From assembly GCF_964355755.1 (NCBI RefSeq), contig NC_092675.1, positions 22,602,912 through 22,666,911 of the forward strand: 64,000 nt of DNA, written 5' to 3'. The stretch's first letter is position 1; each line of letters opens with the position of its first letter. This document shows, piece by piece, positions 52,021 through 64,000 of the stretch. Source of the stretch: Antedon mediterranea. Taxonomy: Eukaryota; Animalia; Echinodermata. A program made the translations under genes and the position numbers. Below the pieces are notes generated by a model. The model was given only the letters and a program-made list of their open reading frames with translations. It did not search any database and was not told the origin of the DNA.

Positions 52021-54104
52021 AAAGCTAATACACTACTTTGCATAACCAAGGCTATAATATTGACATACTACAGAGAACTCCCTACAATATGTAAACAATA
52101 CCGCAAGTTTTTGCTTTTGGTATTAATAAAAACAATGATAGGGCTTAAAGTGAGTTGACGTGATAATAGTACAGAATACACTTGAACAAAACACTAGAGT
52201 TTTAAAACATAGTGTGTGTATAGTGTATCTATTACTGTATATTATGTTATTTGTTAATAGTTTTATTTTAGTGGAGATATAATCTATTAATAGAGAGATT
52301 AGTGTTTGCTATACAGCTTTTTTTCTATTGCATGCATCCTTCCACACATGGGATCAAAATGTAGTAATGGGAAAGTTTTAAACTTTTAAAACCATGGGTA
52401 ACCTCTCAGTATAATATACAAATAATCAATGTTTAAGAGTGGAAAGGTACAAATAATGTAATGGGGTGAATGATATAACCTTTCATCATTCACTGAATTA
52501 CATTATTTGTACCATTCCACAAATATAATCATTATTATCATTATTTGTTTTATTTTATATAACATTTTAAATAGATTCCTGTCATTTGAATTAGATTGAA
52601 TATTAAAGGTAGGGCTATATTTGATTCACATTGAAACAGTAAAATTAATTTAGCGCTTTGTAAAATATTTACAAAACAATTATATATATTTGTGTTTTTT
52701 TTATATTTATTTGGAGTTTATAAACACACCTACTGTAGTGTTAATTATGTGAACGACTTCTAACCAAACAATCCTAGGCCTAACTAGGCTAAGGCTAGAG
52801 AGGCAGCTATACCATTACGAAATTCAATGATTTATAGAGTTGTTCCTAATTATTAATAAAAATCATACAAATGATCTAGAACGAAGCTAATTTAAACGCT
52901 TTTTTGGATTAGTGCATCTCTCAAGAAATCAAAACATTCCAACTTCAATGTTCAATTTGTTTTAAAAATAGGCGGCGCAGTTGGATTTAACCCTCAGAAT
53001 CACAGCAATGGTGTTAAACATTTTTTTTGTATGCGAGAAGATTCTTTTTTCATACACAATAAAAAAAGAAAAAAAAATTATTTAATGATCTTTAAATAGT
53101 GTGTACTATTGAGCGATGTGACCCACATTATTGTTAAATCAAATGACAATGAATTTATTTAGGTGTTATAAAATAACAGTGTTCTATATTTGTGTAAATG
53201 CATATTTTAAATAGATGGAATGGTAGTATCAAATACAGTTAGTAGCTTGTGCCACTGTGGATAGTACTGTATACAGTGAGCATCAGGCAAACTGTGTAAC
53301 AATATGAAGAAAAATTAATATCTGCTACCCTCTATAATAATGTAGATGATACGTTATCTGTGCTTGCTGCCCTCTGCTACTTCAAATTATGCATTATCTA
53401 ACATTGATTGAAAATGGCTATCCTAATAAATTAAGGATCAAGCCAATATATTAATATTCATTCTTGATAATGCACAGATTAAATGATGGTATTAGATAAT
53501 ATTGAAATATTAATTGGCAAATTTGAAACCTGAATAATAGACTTACAATATAACAAAATAATATTAAGAATGGAACACAAAACAAAGATTTGTTCAAAAT
53601 ATCTGATATGAAACAAAACAAGAGGACACCCACTAACTACAAACGCAATTAACGCAACACAAACTAACGCCTTCAAACAACATGTGTAAACATTTTTGGG
53701 TTAGGTTAAGTGCGAAAAGCCCCTCCCTTCCATGCTGCATCGCTATATACAGTAAACTATATAAAGATGGAGTGGCATACAACACATATAAATATCATCA
53801 ACATCTACTGTTTAAATTTATATATTTTCATTTTTTATTTCAATATGCCATTCTAATGCCACACAATAGTTTACTGACTATGTTTGACTAAAAAGTAGTT
53901 GTATGTCAACCGTTTATTTTGGTGAAATCATTATATTTTTTTCAAGTAGTGACTACTGTACATGTTTCAAACATTCAGTGCACTATATAATACTGTTATT
54001 TGCACTGGCTGAAAATGTTGTATTTTAAATTATAATTCTTATTTACAGAACTTAAAAACACTCAAACAAATACTGATTATTCTTAATATAATTTATTATA
54101 TTAA

Positions 54105-54728
54105 AAACACCTTCCCTACGTTTTTTAGATCTAATTTAAGATCACAAACTATATTTAATGTAAAAATAAAACTATATGGTCATATTGCGATAACTTTTTT
54201 CGTCTTTAAATGGTTAAAAATGTGAAAAATAAGTAGATTCTAATAATTATAGCGGTCCGCTATAAATCCCAAAATGCATTGCGCGCGGATTGATATTTTT
54301 GTTTTTCTTCTGTAATTCACCCACTTTTCGATCGATTGTGAGGCCAAAACAAATGGAAGACTCCTAACTTTTCAGCGAAAATACCGGGTTTTCCCTAATT
54401 TTTATCAACAGAGTCTGGAAAAAATAGAAATACAATTAATGCAGCAACTATACAACGTCAGGCTAGGTATATAGCTAGCGTACGGTGTTCGTACGTTACC
54501 GATGTTTACCAGCTAGGCCTACAAAACTAAGCCTAGCTAGGCTAGACCTAAAGACCGTCTACGAGAGGTCATTCGACGTGAGTTACTTAGAGTGCATTGT
54601 TTCTCACTTTTTATCATAATTTACCATAAAACGTACATTAAGACAAGGAATGACCTGGTTTAATGTTTTTAAAGTAATATATATGTATTATTTTTACAAA
54701 ACGTCACAAATTGTATAGGAAGGTGTCT
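54105..54728. mobile_element. Kolobok-like non-autonomous DNA transposon (copy 2, both ends)
   Basis: TTAA|AAACACCTTCCCTAC ... GTATAGGAAGGTGTCT|TTAA; TTAA flanks with RR..YY termini. Confidence 0.75.
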
Positions 54729-56402
54729 TTAAAAAAATCATGTCAATACAAGACAATATATAATTCATAGTTCAATATTTATGAGTGTGGCAAAACAAAT
54801 TTTCTTTTTTACTGAAGAATACAGTGTAAGCCTATTAAATTATGAATGCTATATATTAATGCACCTCTGTTGTGTTAACATGACGTATCATTTCTAAATC
54901 CATTTCTAGGAGAAAGCATGTAATTTAAAAAAGTGTAACATCCACAGCGCATTGAGATGACATTGTTTTTGGACTGCGCTATATAAATACATTAACATAC
55001 TATGTTTTATACAGTACCTGAACCTAAAAAACACTAAACTACTATCTGTTGCCTGTACATTGGATATTATATTTCAATATTTTATGAAATTAATACACAT
55101 AAAATATATTTCAGAAATTGAAACAATAACATTATGGGGTAACATTTAAAATAACATTTTGCAATATCATAATCTGAAAAAATTATTAAATATTTCTCAT
55201 GTTGTTAAATTAAAACTTAATACATTTTGATTAGACAATAATGAAATCCTCAAACAACATGAAACATCTGTGACATACCTTCCGGAAATCTATTTGTTAT
55301 GTATTCAACATTATATCAAAATGCCACATGACTATTATTAAAGCTATCTAATTCATTATCAATAATCATGCACTAATTCAACAATATATTAGACTTCAAG
55401 ACAATTACTATAGCTTTCTTAGGGTCGTAAATTTTACATTGTTTTTGCTGCCATGTTCTATATAACATGGTTGCCAATGTCCCATGTATTTTCACATTTA
55501 ATACTTCCTGAAATTATCAACAATTGTTTAGTTCTGTTGTGTACTGTGTGTAATAAATAAATATTCATAAACACGTGTCACGGCTTAGCAATGTTGCTCA
55601 TGATAGATGTAACCAATTCCAAACATAAATGGTGTATTTTCATCAGTGTTCATGTTTAAGAAATAAATAAATTTACTTCTGTTACAACACTAACTTGCTC
55701 TGATTCGGTTGCGGCCTCAGTTCAGGTTCACGTAAGATTATTAGCGACACGCAATGCGCATATCAAGTAAAAAGATTGGAGCATAGCTGTGTGCAATGCA
55801 GCGAAAATGAACATTGAGATGCAATTTTAGTTGCCGGAGCCATACCGGAACAAATGACGTGTGAAAGATGCTATAGTGTGACCTTGCTTTATGATATGAA
55901 AGCAAACTCCATCGAACATTTACATAGCTTTTAGCTGGACATTATATAATTAATTGCTGTAGTTTGGCATTTGTCTACTTTATACTTTATATGTCTGAAC
56001 ATTTTCTTAATCTCCTTAGGAGGTGATGCTAATCTGGGGATTAGTCTACTTGTCAAAACAAATTATTCATGCAAACAAGCATCAATCACTTTAAAAATGT
56101 CAATGGATTTAACCTGAACTGCCTTTCATAAGAAGACAACTATCATAGTAGAACCTCTGTTATGCTGTAGGAAAACCTTCAGGACCCAACAGATCTCCTA
56201 AAGGGCTCTTTGAATCATGTCTCCCCACTATCAAATCCACAACTATATGGCATAAAACATATAGGCTTATTTATGATTGAGGGCGCACAGGCAACTTTTT
56301 CCTGTATTGGCCAATATGCACTGGTGCAGTATGGGGATCATGTATACAGGCATAATTTAATCTTTTATTCTCACTGTGCTAGGGAATGCAGGTTTCTGGT
56401 TA

Positions 56403-57016
56403 GACCCCATTTACACTTTAGATTTTAGCGAGCCTGAGGCCGGCTTAAGGCCGGTTCTGAGTCAACAGTGTAAACACTCTGGGAACAACCGAGCCGGCCT
56501 CGAGCCAGCGCAATTTTGATCCTAGTCTAGAGTAGGCTTCGGGCCGGCAATTGCAGGCTTCGGGCCGGCACTTGCGGTCATAAAATAAACGGGTTTCATC
56601 TACTACTAGGCTAGGCCTAGGAGGCCTATAGAGGCCTAGTTTCTTCGTTGAAATTAAATTGGTGAATTTGAATTGATCTACTACTATTCTTCAGAAAACG
56701 AGACGTAGTAAAGCAATAATACAATTGTTTTGATTCATATCAAATACCGTTATTTGATGCCTAGTGTAGATCGACAACGCTTAATAATATTAACTTTTTA
56801 AGATGGTTGGTAGCGCACATGAGCAGATATGACGTGAATGTAGCGAAATTATTGTGTCATTGAGCACTCTTCCGCGAGAGCAAGTGTAAACACAATAGTA
56901 GGGGTCCAAGGTCGGCTTTTTGGTTAAGTGTAAACACATTGCAGGCTAAAAAGTAAGCCGGCATTGGGCCGACTTTAGGCCGGCTAATAAATCATCGATG
57001 AAGTGTAAATGGGGTG
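56403..57016. mobile_element. Harbinger-like non-autonomous element
   Basis: TTA|GACCCCATTTACACTT ... AAGTGTAAATGGGGTG|TTA; internal GCCGGC and AGTGTAAACAC repeats. Confidence 0.85.
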
Positions 57017-57800
57017 TTAGTTAGACACAAATCTAGAATTGTTAAAAAAGGATGTCTTTCAAAAGCCATATACTTTGTACCCTGATATTATTTAGTAACA
57101 AAAGCAATCTGATTTACTGTACATCAAATACAGTAAATCACTTAACCTGTATAATAAAAATGATGTACAAGAGAATGAACATTTGTTACGCACAGTTGGT
57201 AGTGTTCCAATCATTAACTAATGACAAAAAGTTGTTGAGCTTTTTCTCTTTACTATTTCTGTTACAATGAGTAGAATTAAGTGAGGTTCTAATAGATGTA
57301 TTCAAATTCAAACTTGGAAAAAAAGTAAAGTGGTACTATTCACTCAAACTATTAATACATTTACTAAATACAATATGCATTCTTCTGCTGTTTGATAAAA
57401 GAAAACTATTATTATCATATTATTATATTACGGAAATTTGATTTTAGTGAGCGTCGTAGAACAGTATTAAACCTTATTTTAATATTATTATCCTATTTAA
57501 TGTAGATTTGAGGTTTATTGTGAGCTATTGTGCTCTTTTGGATATTTAAATAGATTTGATTTGAACTCAAAAACCATTAAAGCTTGAAACGCAAGCATGT
57601 ATCTCTTCAGGGTATTTTTTTTTAATTTCAAGACGGAAAAAGATTATGCACCTTTTAAGTTCAACCCTGTTTATAGATTTGGTAAGCATGAGGATAACGT
57701 TTTATAAACTAAAGAGGTTTATATATAGTCAAGCACAACCACAAAACCCAATATTATCCAACAAAATTACTGCAGCTCAAGCAGCACAATCATAATTCAT

Positions 57801-58228
57801 GGGGTCTGTTTCTGCTGCAGAGCGCCGAATACTACCGATTATTTCAAAAATTTAATTTTTATATTGACTGCATTTCTGCTCAATTTTGCACCAAAATAAC
57901 TGTTTAAATCAGTGGGTGGTTGTTGACAAAAATCGTTAGAATTACCCAAAATGCAATTGGTCCTGGCGGTTTATTCAAATGTTACTGCAGTGTAGTTGAC
58001 TCAAAGTCAGTAGCTGTCAATCAAATAACCGTTATTTCGTGTTGCAGCTAAAAATTGCTCAGCGATAACTGGTTAAATGGCATTCTAACACCGGTTGAAT
58101 GGGTATTTTTAACCGGTTATTTTGCGCTGCCTTTTAACTGGTTACCACAAAATTGTCCTGTTTCTGCTCCCAAGAAAATGGAGTTAATTTATTCACACCG
58201 TTTATTTTATTGCAGCAGAAACAGGCCT
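57801..58228. mobile_element. Repeat F2, most complete copy
   Basis: GGTCTGTTTCTGCTGCA ... TGCAGCAGAAACAGGCC inverted ends; interior is the reverse complement of the 14.5 kb and 33.8 kb copies. Confidence 0.75.
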
Positions 58229-59438
58229 TTAGACTGTGGGCCTCTTCCTATCTGCCACTGAAATTATTACTATTGGAATTTGAAAGAAGATCTTTACTCC
58301 TGTTTATAGTTCAATTTCAAATGGATTAGAATCGAATATTCACTAATAACCGTTTGAAATTGAAAACCAAGCTTCAGCAATTTTTAGGAAGTAAATATGT
58401 ATAGGCCCTACAATGCACCCTGTTGTTGTTCATCATATGCACAATTTTTATTAAATTTTAAAATCAAGATAAAATTATGAGTACCGTACTGGTTGAAAAA
58501 AAAATGTTTTAATGACAAAATAAATGAAATAAAATTGATTACACACTAAAAAAACATTATGGATTTTTTTTCTCGATAAACTGTCATTGTGACGTGTGCA
58601 ATTTTTTTGTTTGAAAATGTAAATGATTCAACTAGGATTACTAGAAAGCATATGAGACACAAGTAATAAAGTGTTGTTTGACGTCAAATTAGACGTTCAA
58701 ATTTATGATGTTTCTAATATGCACTTCTCATTATAATAAACATTGACGCATTTGAATGATTCAATTGTGTTGTTAATTTTAAGCCAGAAAATTTGAATCA
58801 AACAAAATGTGTTGAATTTCCACCTTCTGCAGTTGAACCTATTTCTTCCATAAAGAACAACTAATGGGGCGAATCAATTAACTGTATTTACTTAGAGATG
58901 GTGTTCAACATTAACCTGCTAGTTAATGGCACTTGTGACACACAATAAACAATTTGATTGCATATGTCCTAATATAGTTTGATGAATTGAATCAAATGGC
59001 AGGCATATTCAGGAAAAACCAACACACCGATCTACTGTATGTGTTTGCTTCCGGAGAATGTTCAGGAGGAAGCTTTCAATTGTGACTTAAGGCCAACGGT
59101 AAGAGGTTACGGTAAGCGGTAACAGAAAGCGGAAAATTGAAACAAATAGAGTCTATATTTCTATGACCATTTACACAGAATGTGGAGAACGGACAATTGA
59201 GCGAAAATCCGCTCAGGATAGAACCAGATAGGCCATACTGGATTGTAATTTTAGATTCTGGCCAATCAACAACATGATTGAAGTGACTTTTTGGCATACA
59301 CCAGCCGAGTCCATTATGTCCATAATATGAGTCACAGTAGCCAAAACTTAGTTTAAATTATGCATTACATTATTTGTCAAAGTGGTGATGTACAGCTCTA
59401 TAAAATCAAGATTCTGACATCAGCTGACACTAACCTAA

Positions 59439-59599
59439 AGCTCTGTCTACACTATCAAACTAGTTTGACAAAAAAAGTTTGATGTGCCCTAATATGGTAG
59501 TGATATTCCCAAAAATAGTAGTGATATGACATCATCATGTCCATATATGGGCACATCACATTTTTTTGTCACAAAAAGTTTGATAATGTAGATAGAGCT
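59439..59599. mobile_element. MITE family F1 copy
   Basis: AGCTCTGTCTACACTATCAAACT ... AGTTTGATAATGTAGATAGAGCT with TAA/TTA flanks. Confidence 0.88.
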
Positions 59600-62500
59600 T
59601 TAGTGGCATTTCTATGTTAAGGTTGGACCAGACTGGTTCAGAAGACGTGGTTCAACCAAATTAAATGTATGCAAATAGTAACTATGATGTCATAAGTTCT
59701 AGTCCTTGACAAGTGTTTCTTTTCATTAAGAAATGTATGGTAATGACAATACTTCAATAGTAATGGACTAAAATATTAATTTCTTGTCTATATTCATATA
59801 AATAACACTTACATAATGCTATACAGTAGGAAACTATCCAGGGATTTTAATGCTAATTCATAAAGCATGTATGTATTAAAACACTAAAAACTAAATTTGA
59901 AATATTTCCAATAAAGAACTTTTTTGTTCATTTATTTTAAGAAATATTTGTACAAATATGTTAAATAATAACCATCTATTGTCAAAACACTATTAATAGA
60001 AATAATTCAGCTAATTCTGGACATACCCTGTTGAGTTTAGTAAAAAAAAGTATACTTTAATAAAAATACACAGCCAATTAAATTAGCCTGTAGCTGTTTG
60101 GCTTGCAGTGGAATATGGTAGAAACTTGTAGATAGGAGTCCGTGACAAAACACAGATCTAAAAGAAAAACTACAATTTGGTAGACGAAGAGAAAAAATAC
60201 TTGAAATTGATTATAAAATGTGTGAAAATTATACGTATAACAATTAATAGAAATATGTTGTTGGGATGTGATTCAGTACGACATCATTTCAGTGAGCATA
60301 CGAAATGAAACAACGTTCTACATTGTTTTAGTCTGTGTTTTAAAAAGTATGACAGCACGGTGCTACAAGTCTGCTGTGTGAGAGGTATTTATGGAATGCC
60401 CATATGATTGCCAATACTGTAGTACTGTATGTAGTATAAAGAAGCATTAGTTTGTATTAGGCCATCCTTATATCCCACAAGGGAAGTAAATGATGAGAAT
60501 ATAACCATGCTGTGGGGGTCAGAGAATAGTACACATAGCATTCTGTAGTTGTAATGCAAACCTACATTTTGTGGTACTCATTCTAAGAAAGATGATAGTG
60601 ATGGTTTGTCTTCTTATTGTATTTATGTACATTCTTTTATTTTAATTATTTGATTTTTAACACACTGTAGAAATGTGAGTAAAAACCTGACAAAGCAAAG
60701 AGGCACATACTAATTTTGTCTGTGAACGTTACACATCAGTTATCAAAAATAAATGCTTTTCGAAAAATATTGTTCTTCTCAGGCACTTCTACTGCTAAGA
60801 ATAAACTTGTTTTGTAAAAGATTTAAACAAAATAATATATTAAAAGTCATGCACAAATGATTTTGACCCATTAAAATTTCATTAGCACAATGATACACTT
60901 CAGGTAATGAAGTGTTAAACACTTTGCTGTTAGGATACAAAATTAAAATGTGACCTTGATCACTTTATGGATACAATACTCTTTAGGAATGAAAATACCC
61001 GAACTGGGGGTGAATGTACATCATGTTAATAGTATAATGTATTTTCTAACTTGAGAAATTATTCTGTTGATGACTGATTAGCCTAAGCAGAAATGCAAAG
61101 ATAACAAATATAAGACAGAATAACAACTATATACTGTAATAACAAGCACATGTGATGCGCTTTCAGTTTACCACAGTTTCTATGTTAAATCGAACAATAA
61201 GTGTTTGGCCTGATGTGTAGACTCAATTCAAGTGAAAATGTTTTAGTCTCAACGATTATAGGCAACGCGTCTTATATAAGTCAAAGATGCTCTCTAGGTG
61301 GAATGCTATCCTCAGATGAGTAGTTAGTAATAGTACAGTCTTATTTATTTTTAATTAATTTATATGTAATTTTTAATTTCTATGCATCAGAGATTACGAA
61401 ATAAAAGATTGAAATGAATGAATAACATCCATAATCCTGTAATGATGATACAGTGTCAAGTCCGTGACATGTTTTATTTGGTATATTAATTATTATAAAT
61501 GTATGGCTAAAACATTTACTGTTTTATGATTGGTTTAAGAGAAGATTTTCACTAAAAATACCAAAATAGTATAGATAATTAATGCTTATGAGTGGAATGG
61601 TACAAATAATTGCATGAGGTAAAAGATGAAATTCATATTTACTATTTCCTGTAAAATGATGTCACAACTACCCCAAGTTCAAGTTGTATTTATATTGAAT
61701 ATGAAAAGGGCAGAATAATTGAATTTACTAGAACCAGGAGATGTGTAAATTTATAAAACTAAAAATGAATGTTTTGTGTTTGTTGAATGGAGAGAATAGT
61801 TACATTCCTTGAAAATCTGATATTCAACCCAGCTTAAATTCAGTGATTAAAACAGTCTTTCAACTCATGATAACTATTCTACTGTCTTATTCATAAACAT
61901 TCATGTCTGACAATCAATTTGTTGTATTATCTCAAATGAATGTACTTAATGAAAAATAGGTCTGATGTATGTTCTATGCACGCTTAAGCCGATCCGAATC
62001 AAACCGGTCTGAATCAATCAAACCGATCTGAATCATGCCGATTACATCCACAGTAATTGCTTGTGTGATCACTGTACCTGCTACAAAACTGCGTAGTGTA
62101 TTGTATATTCTGTCAACTGGATTATTTAGGAACGTAAAAAACTTGAGCCACTGTAGGAGGATATAATCAGGATTCTACAAACGAGAATGGTCGCCTATTT
62201 GGATAACATGTATTCAAAAATGAAAATTAAAAAAATAACTAGTAGTTTGATATTTAAAATTCAATCATGTTGAGATCCATATATCTTATCCTGAATTCTT
62301 GATGACATCATATTAAACAAGAAATATTTCTTACAAAAAACGCCGCGTAACTTTTTGACTGGACAGTTGTAAGAACAGTCTTCATTAATTTAATATAATA
62401 GGTCGGCCACCCCACATGATATACCATGATAACCTTGAGATATGTAGAAGACAGATACAGCTTATTTATTACTTATACCAGTGCCCCAATGGGTTAATAA

Positions 62501-62776
62501 GTCTACCAGCTGACTTCTGTTATTGTTACAACCCCCTTTTGAACATGGCAACAATGGTCGTTAGATCTGAAACAACTTCAGAATTTTCAATAGCTATACC
62601 TCGTCTAAAGAGAAATATACTAGAAAGGTTTGCGGTGTACACCATGTGTTTCAAAATGGAAATAGAATATGGTTGAGAATTCCTGACATTTCATTTATAA
62701 TGCTACAACCATCATTTCAAAATATTGAGACATTATCAACCACTTAATTTTATTTTACTTCTTTTCGAATTAGGAC

Positions 62777-62995
62777 TAAAAGAACCTAGTACATCTTTCG
62801 TGACGAGTACGGGGTTATCCCGGTCTACTAGCTTACATAACCACTGTCATGGACATATTGATGAGCAGTTGGCGGCACTGACATAACATGACCCTTAAAG
62901 GAGAAGGATGTACTTAAAAAGTGTAAACTAACATCTCAGTCAAGAGCGAATCGAGAAAACAGTGTTTGTGGAAAACGCTATACAAATATATTAAC
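62777..62995 (+). mobile_element. 5'-truncated Deu-domain SINE (copy 4)
   Basis: AAAGAACCTAGTACATCTTTCG..GAGTACGGGGTTATCCCGG and a 3' part shared with copy 2. Confidence 0.75.
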
Positions 62996-63829
62996 GATAC
63001 ATTTTCAATTTCAATGGTTTGCTGTATTAAAAACATGTATTGGATCTTTAAAATTCACAAGAATTTAAAGTAGATATTTAAATTCTATTGCTTCATTAAT
63101 TATATAATTGTTTCAATCACAAATCAGCTAACGGTTAGTTTCTGAATCGACAATCGACATTTTGACAATTTATATATCTTTTTATCGGTTTGGAAAGTCA
63201 TTTGAATATCATTTGCTAAAGGTAATTACAATAAAAATAGTAGCGGATTAAACAAATTTTCCTTTAAAATATAAAAAAAAAACATTGATTTTGTTAAGAT
63301 TTTAGCAAATAAAAACAGAAAATCAGATCCTAACTGGTTGTATTTTGTAGGATTGAATGTTTCATTGTTAATGTATTGTTTATATACTAAATGAAAACTG
63401 TCTATTTTAATAGAGCCTAAATATCCTCGTGTCCACGAGTCTATTAGCATTAATTTCAACAATGAAATCAATTGAAGAATATATCTCCATGGAAATGGTT
63501 GACGTTATCAATTGTGTTTTTTTAATAAATTATTTTTAATGTGAAATAGATTTGCTACAAGTACAAGATTTTTTTTAATTAGTATTGACTTTTTTGTCTT
63601 GGTTGTTCTGTAGATATCTCAATTTCAATTTTTTTTTGTGCGTGTGTTTTTTCAACCTTGAACAGTTAATTAATTAATTTTTGTCACATTCACTTATTTA
63701 ATATTAATTTCGTTAACATTCTTTCTTTAGCAGGGTTCAAAATTCACCATAGCTGATAATTGATATTCCATATTAATTTTTCATAAAATTTCATTCAATT
63801 TTACTGACACAAATAAAAAAAAAAAGGAG

Positions 63830-64000
63830 AAGTTGTGGCTTGGTGGTTATGATGCTTGGCTACCAATCCTGGGTTCAAGTCACATCACATGTCAAGACAA
63901 AATTACAACTCCACTCCCAAAGACTTGTAATGACTTTGTTTATGTAGAGCATCTTGTGTATATGTTTGTCTTGTGAACCTAATGATTAGCAATTGCTGGA
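63830..64000 (+). mobile_element. Degenerate tRNA-derived SINE head (different family)
   Basis: TGGCTTGGTGGTTA A-box-like and GGTTCAAGTC B-box-like motifs. Confidence 0.35.

Noticed and set aside
53479-53676. ORF resembling a secreted peptide (MKALVCVALIAFVVSG...)
   Set aside because: It starts at TTG rather than ATG, and the hydrophobicity follows from GT-rich sequence; more likely UTR or intron.
59040-59320. Coding-like patch (NHVVDWPESKIT) faintly resembling a Penelope GIY-YIG segment
   Set aside because: Too short, with no flanking motifs; would need a blastx search.

Overview
AT-rich, intron-rich animal genomic DNA. The Deu-type SINEs and gene structure suggest an invertebrate deuterostome, possibly an echinoderm (inference). 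The window is dominated by one minus-strand cAMP-specific phosphodiesterase 4 (PDE4/dunce-like) gene. I reconstructed 13 shared coding exons (27046 to 9881, 1999 nt) with GT-AG boundaries and a continuous frame, covering UCR1, UCR2, the catalytic domain and the C-tail. Upstream lie at least four, possibly five, candidate alternative first coding exons (30.8, 34.5, 38.7, 46.1, 51.6 kb), all ending in phase 2 and so able to splice in frame onto the FDVENG/UCR1 exon. A candidate promoter/5' end of a second minus-strand gene lies at about 2.2-3.1 kb. Introns carry many non-autonomous transposons (Mutator-, hAT-, Harbinger- and Kolobok-like), tRNA-derived Deu-domain SINEs, RTE LINE fragments and a 65-bp minisatellite. 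The most unusual observations are the cassette of N-termini (one with a PP1 RVxF motif), CRE palindromes near the upstream exons, and pervasive TA-CWG-TA and TA-GGCC-TA micro-insertions that resemble DNA-transposon excision footprints. I found no CRISPR array, rRNA, tRNA gene or prokaryotic system, and no convincing wholly new biological system. All alignments and counts were done by eye.
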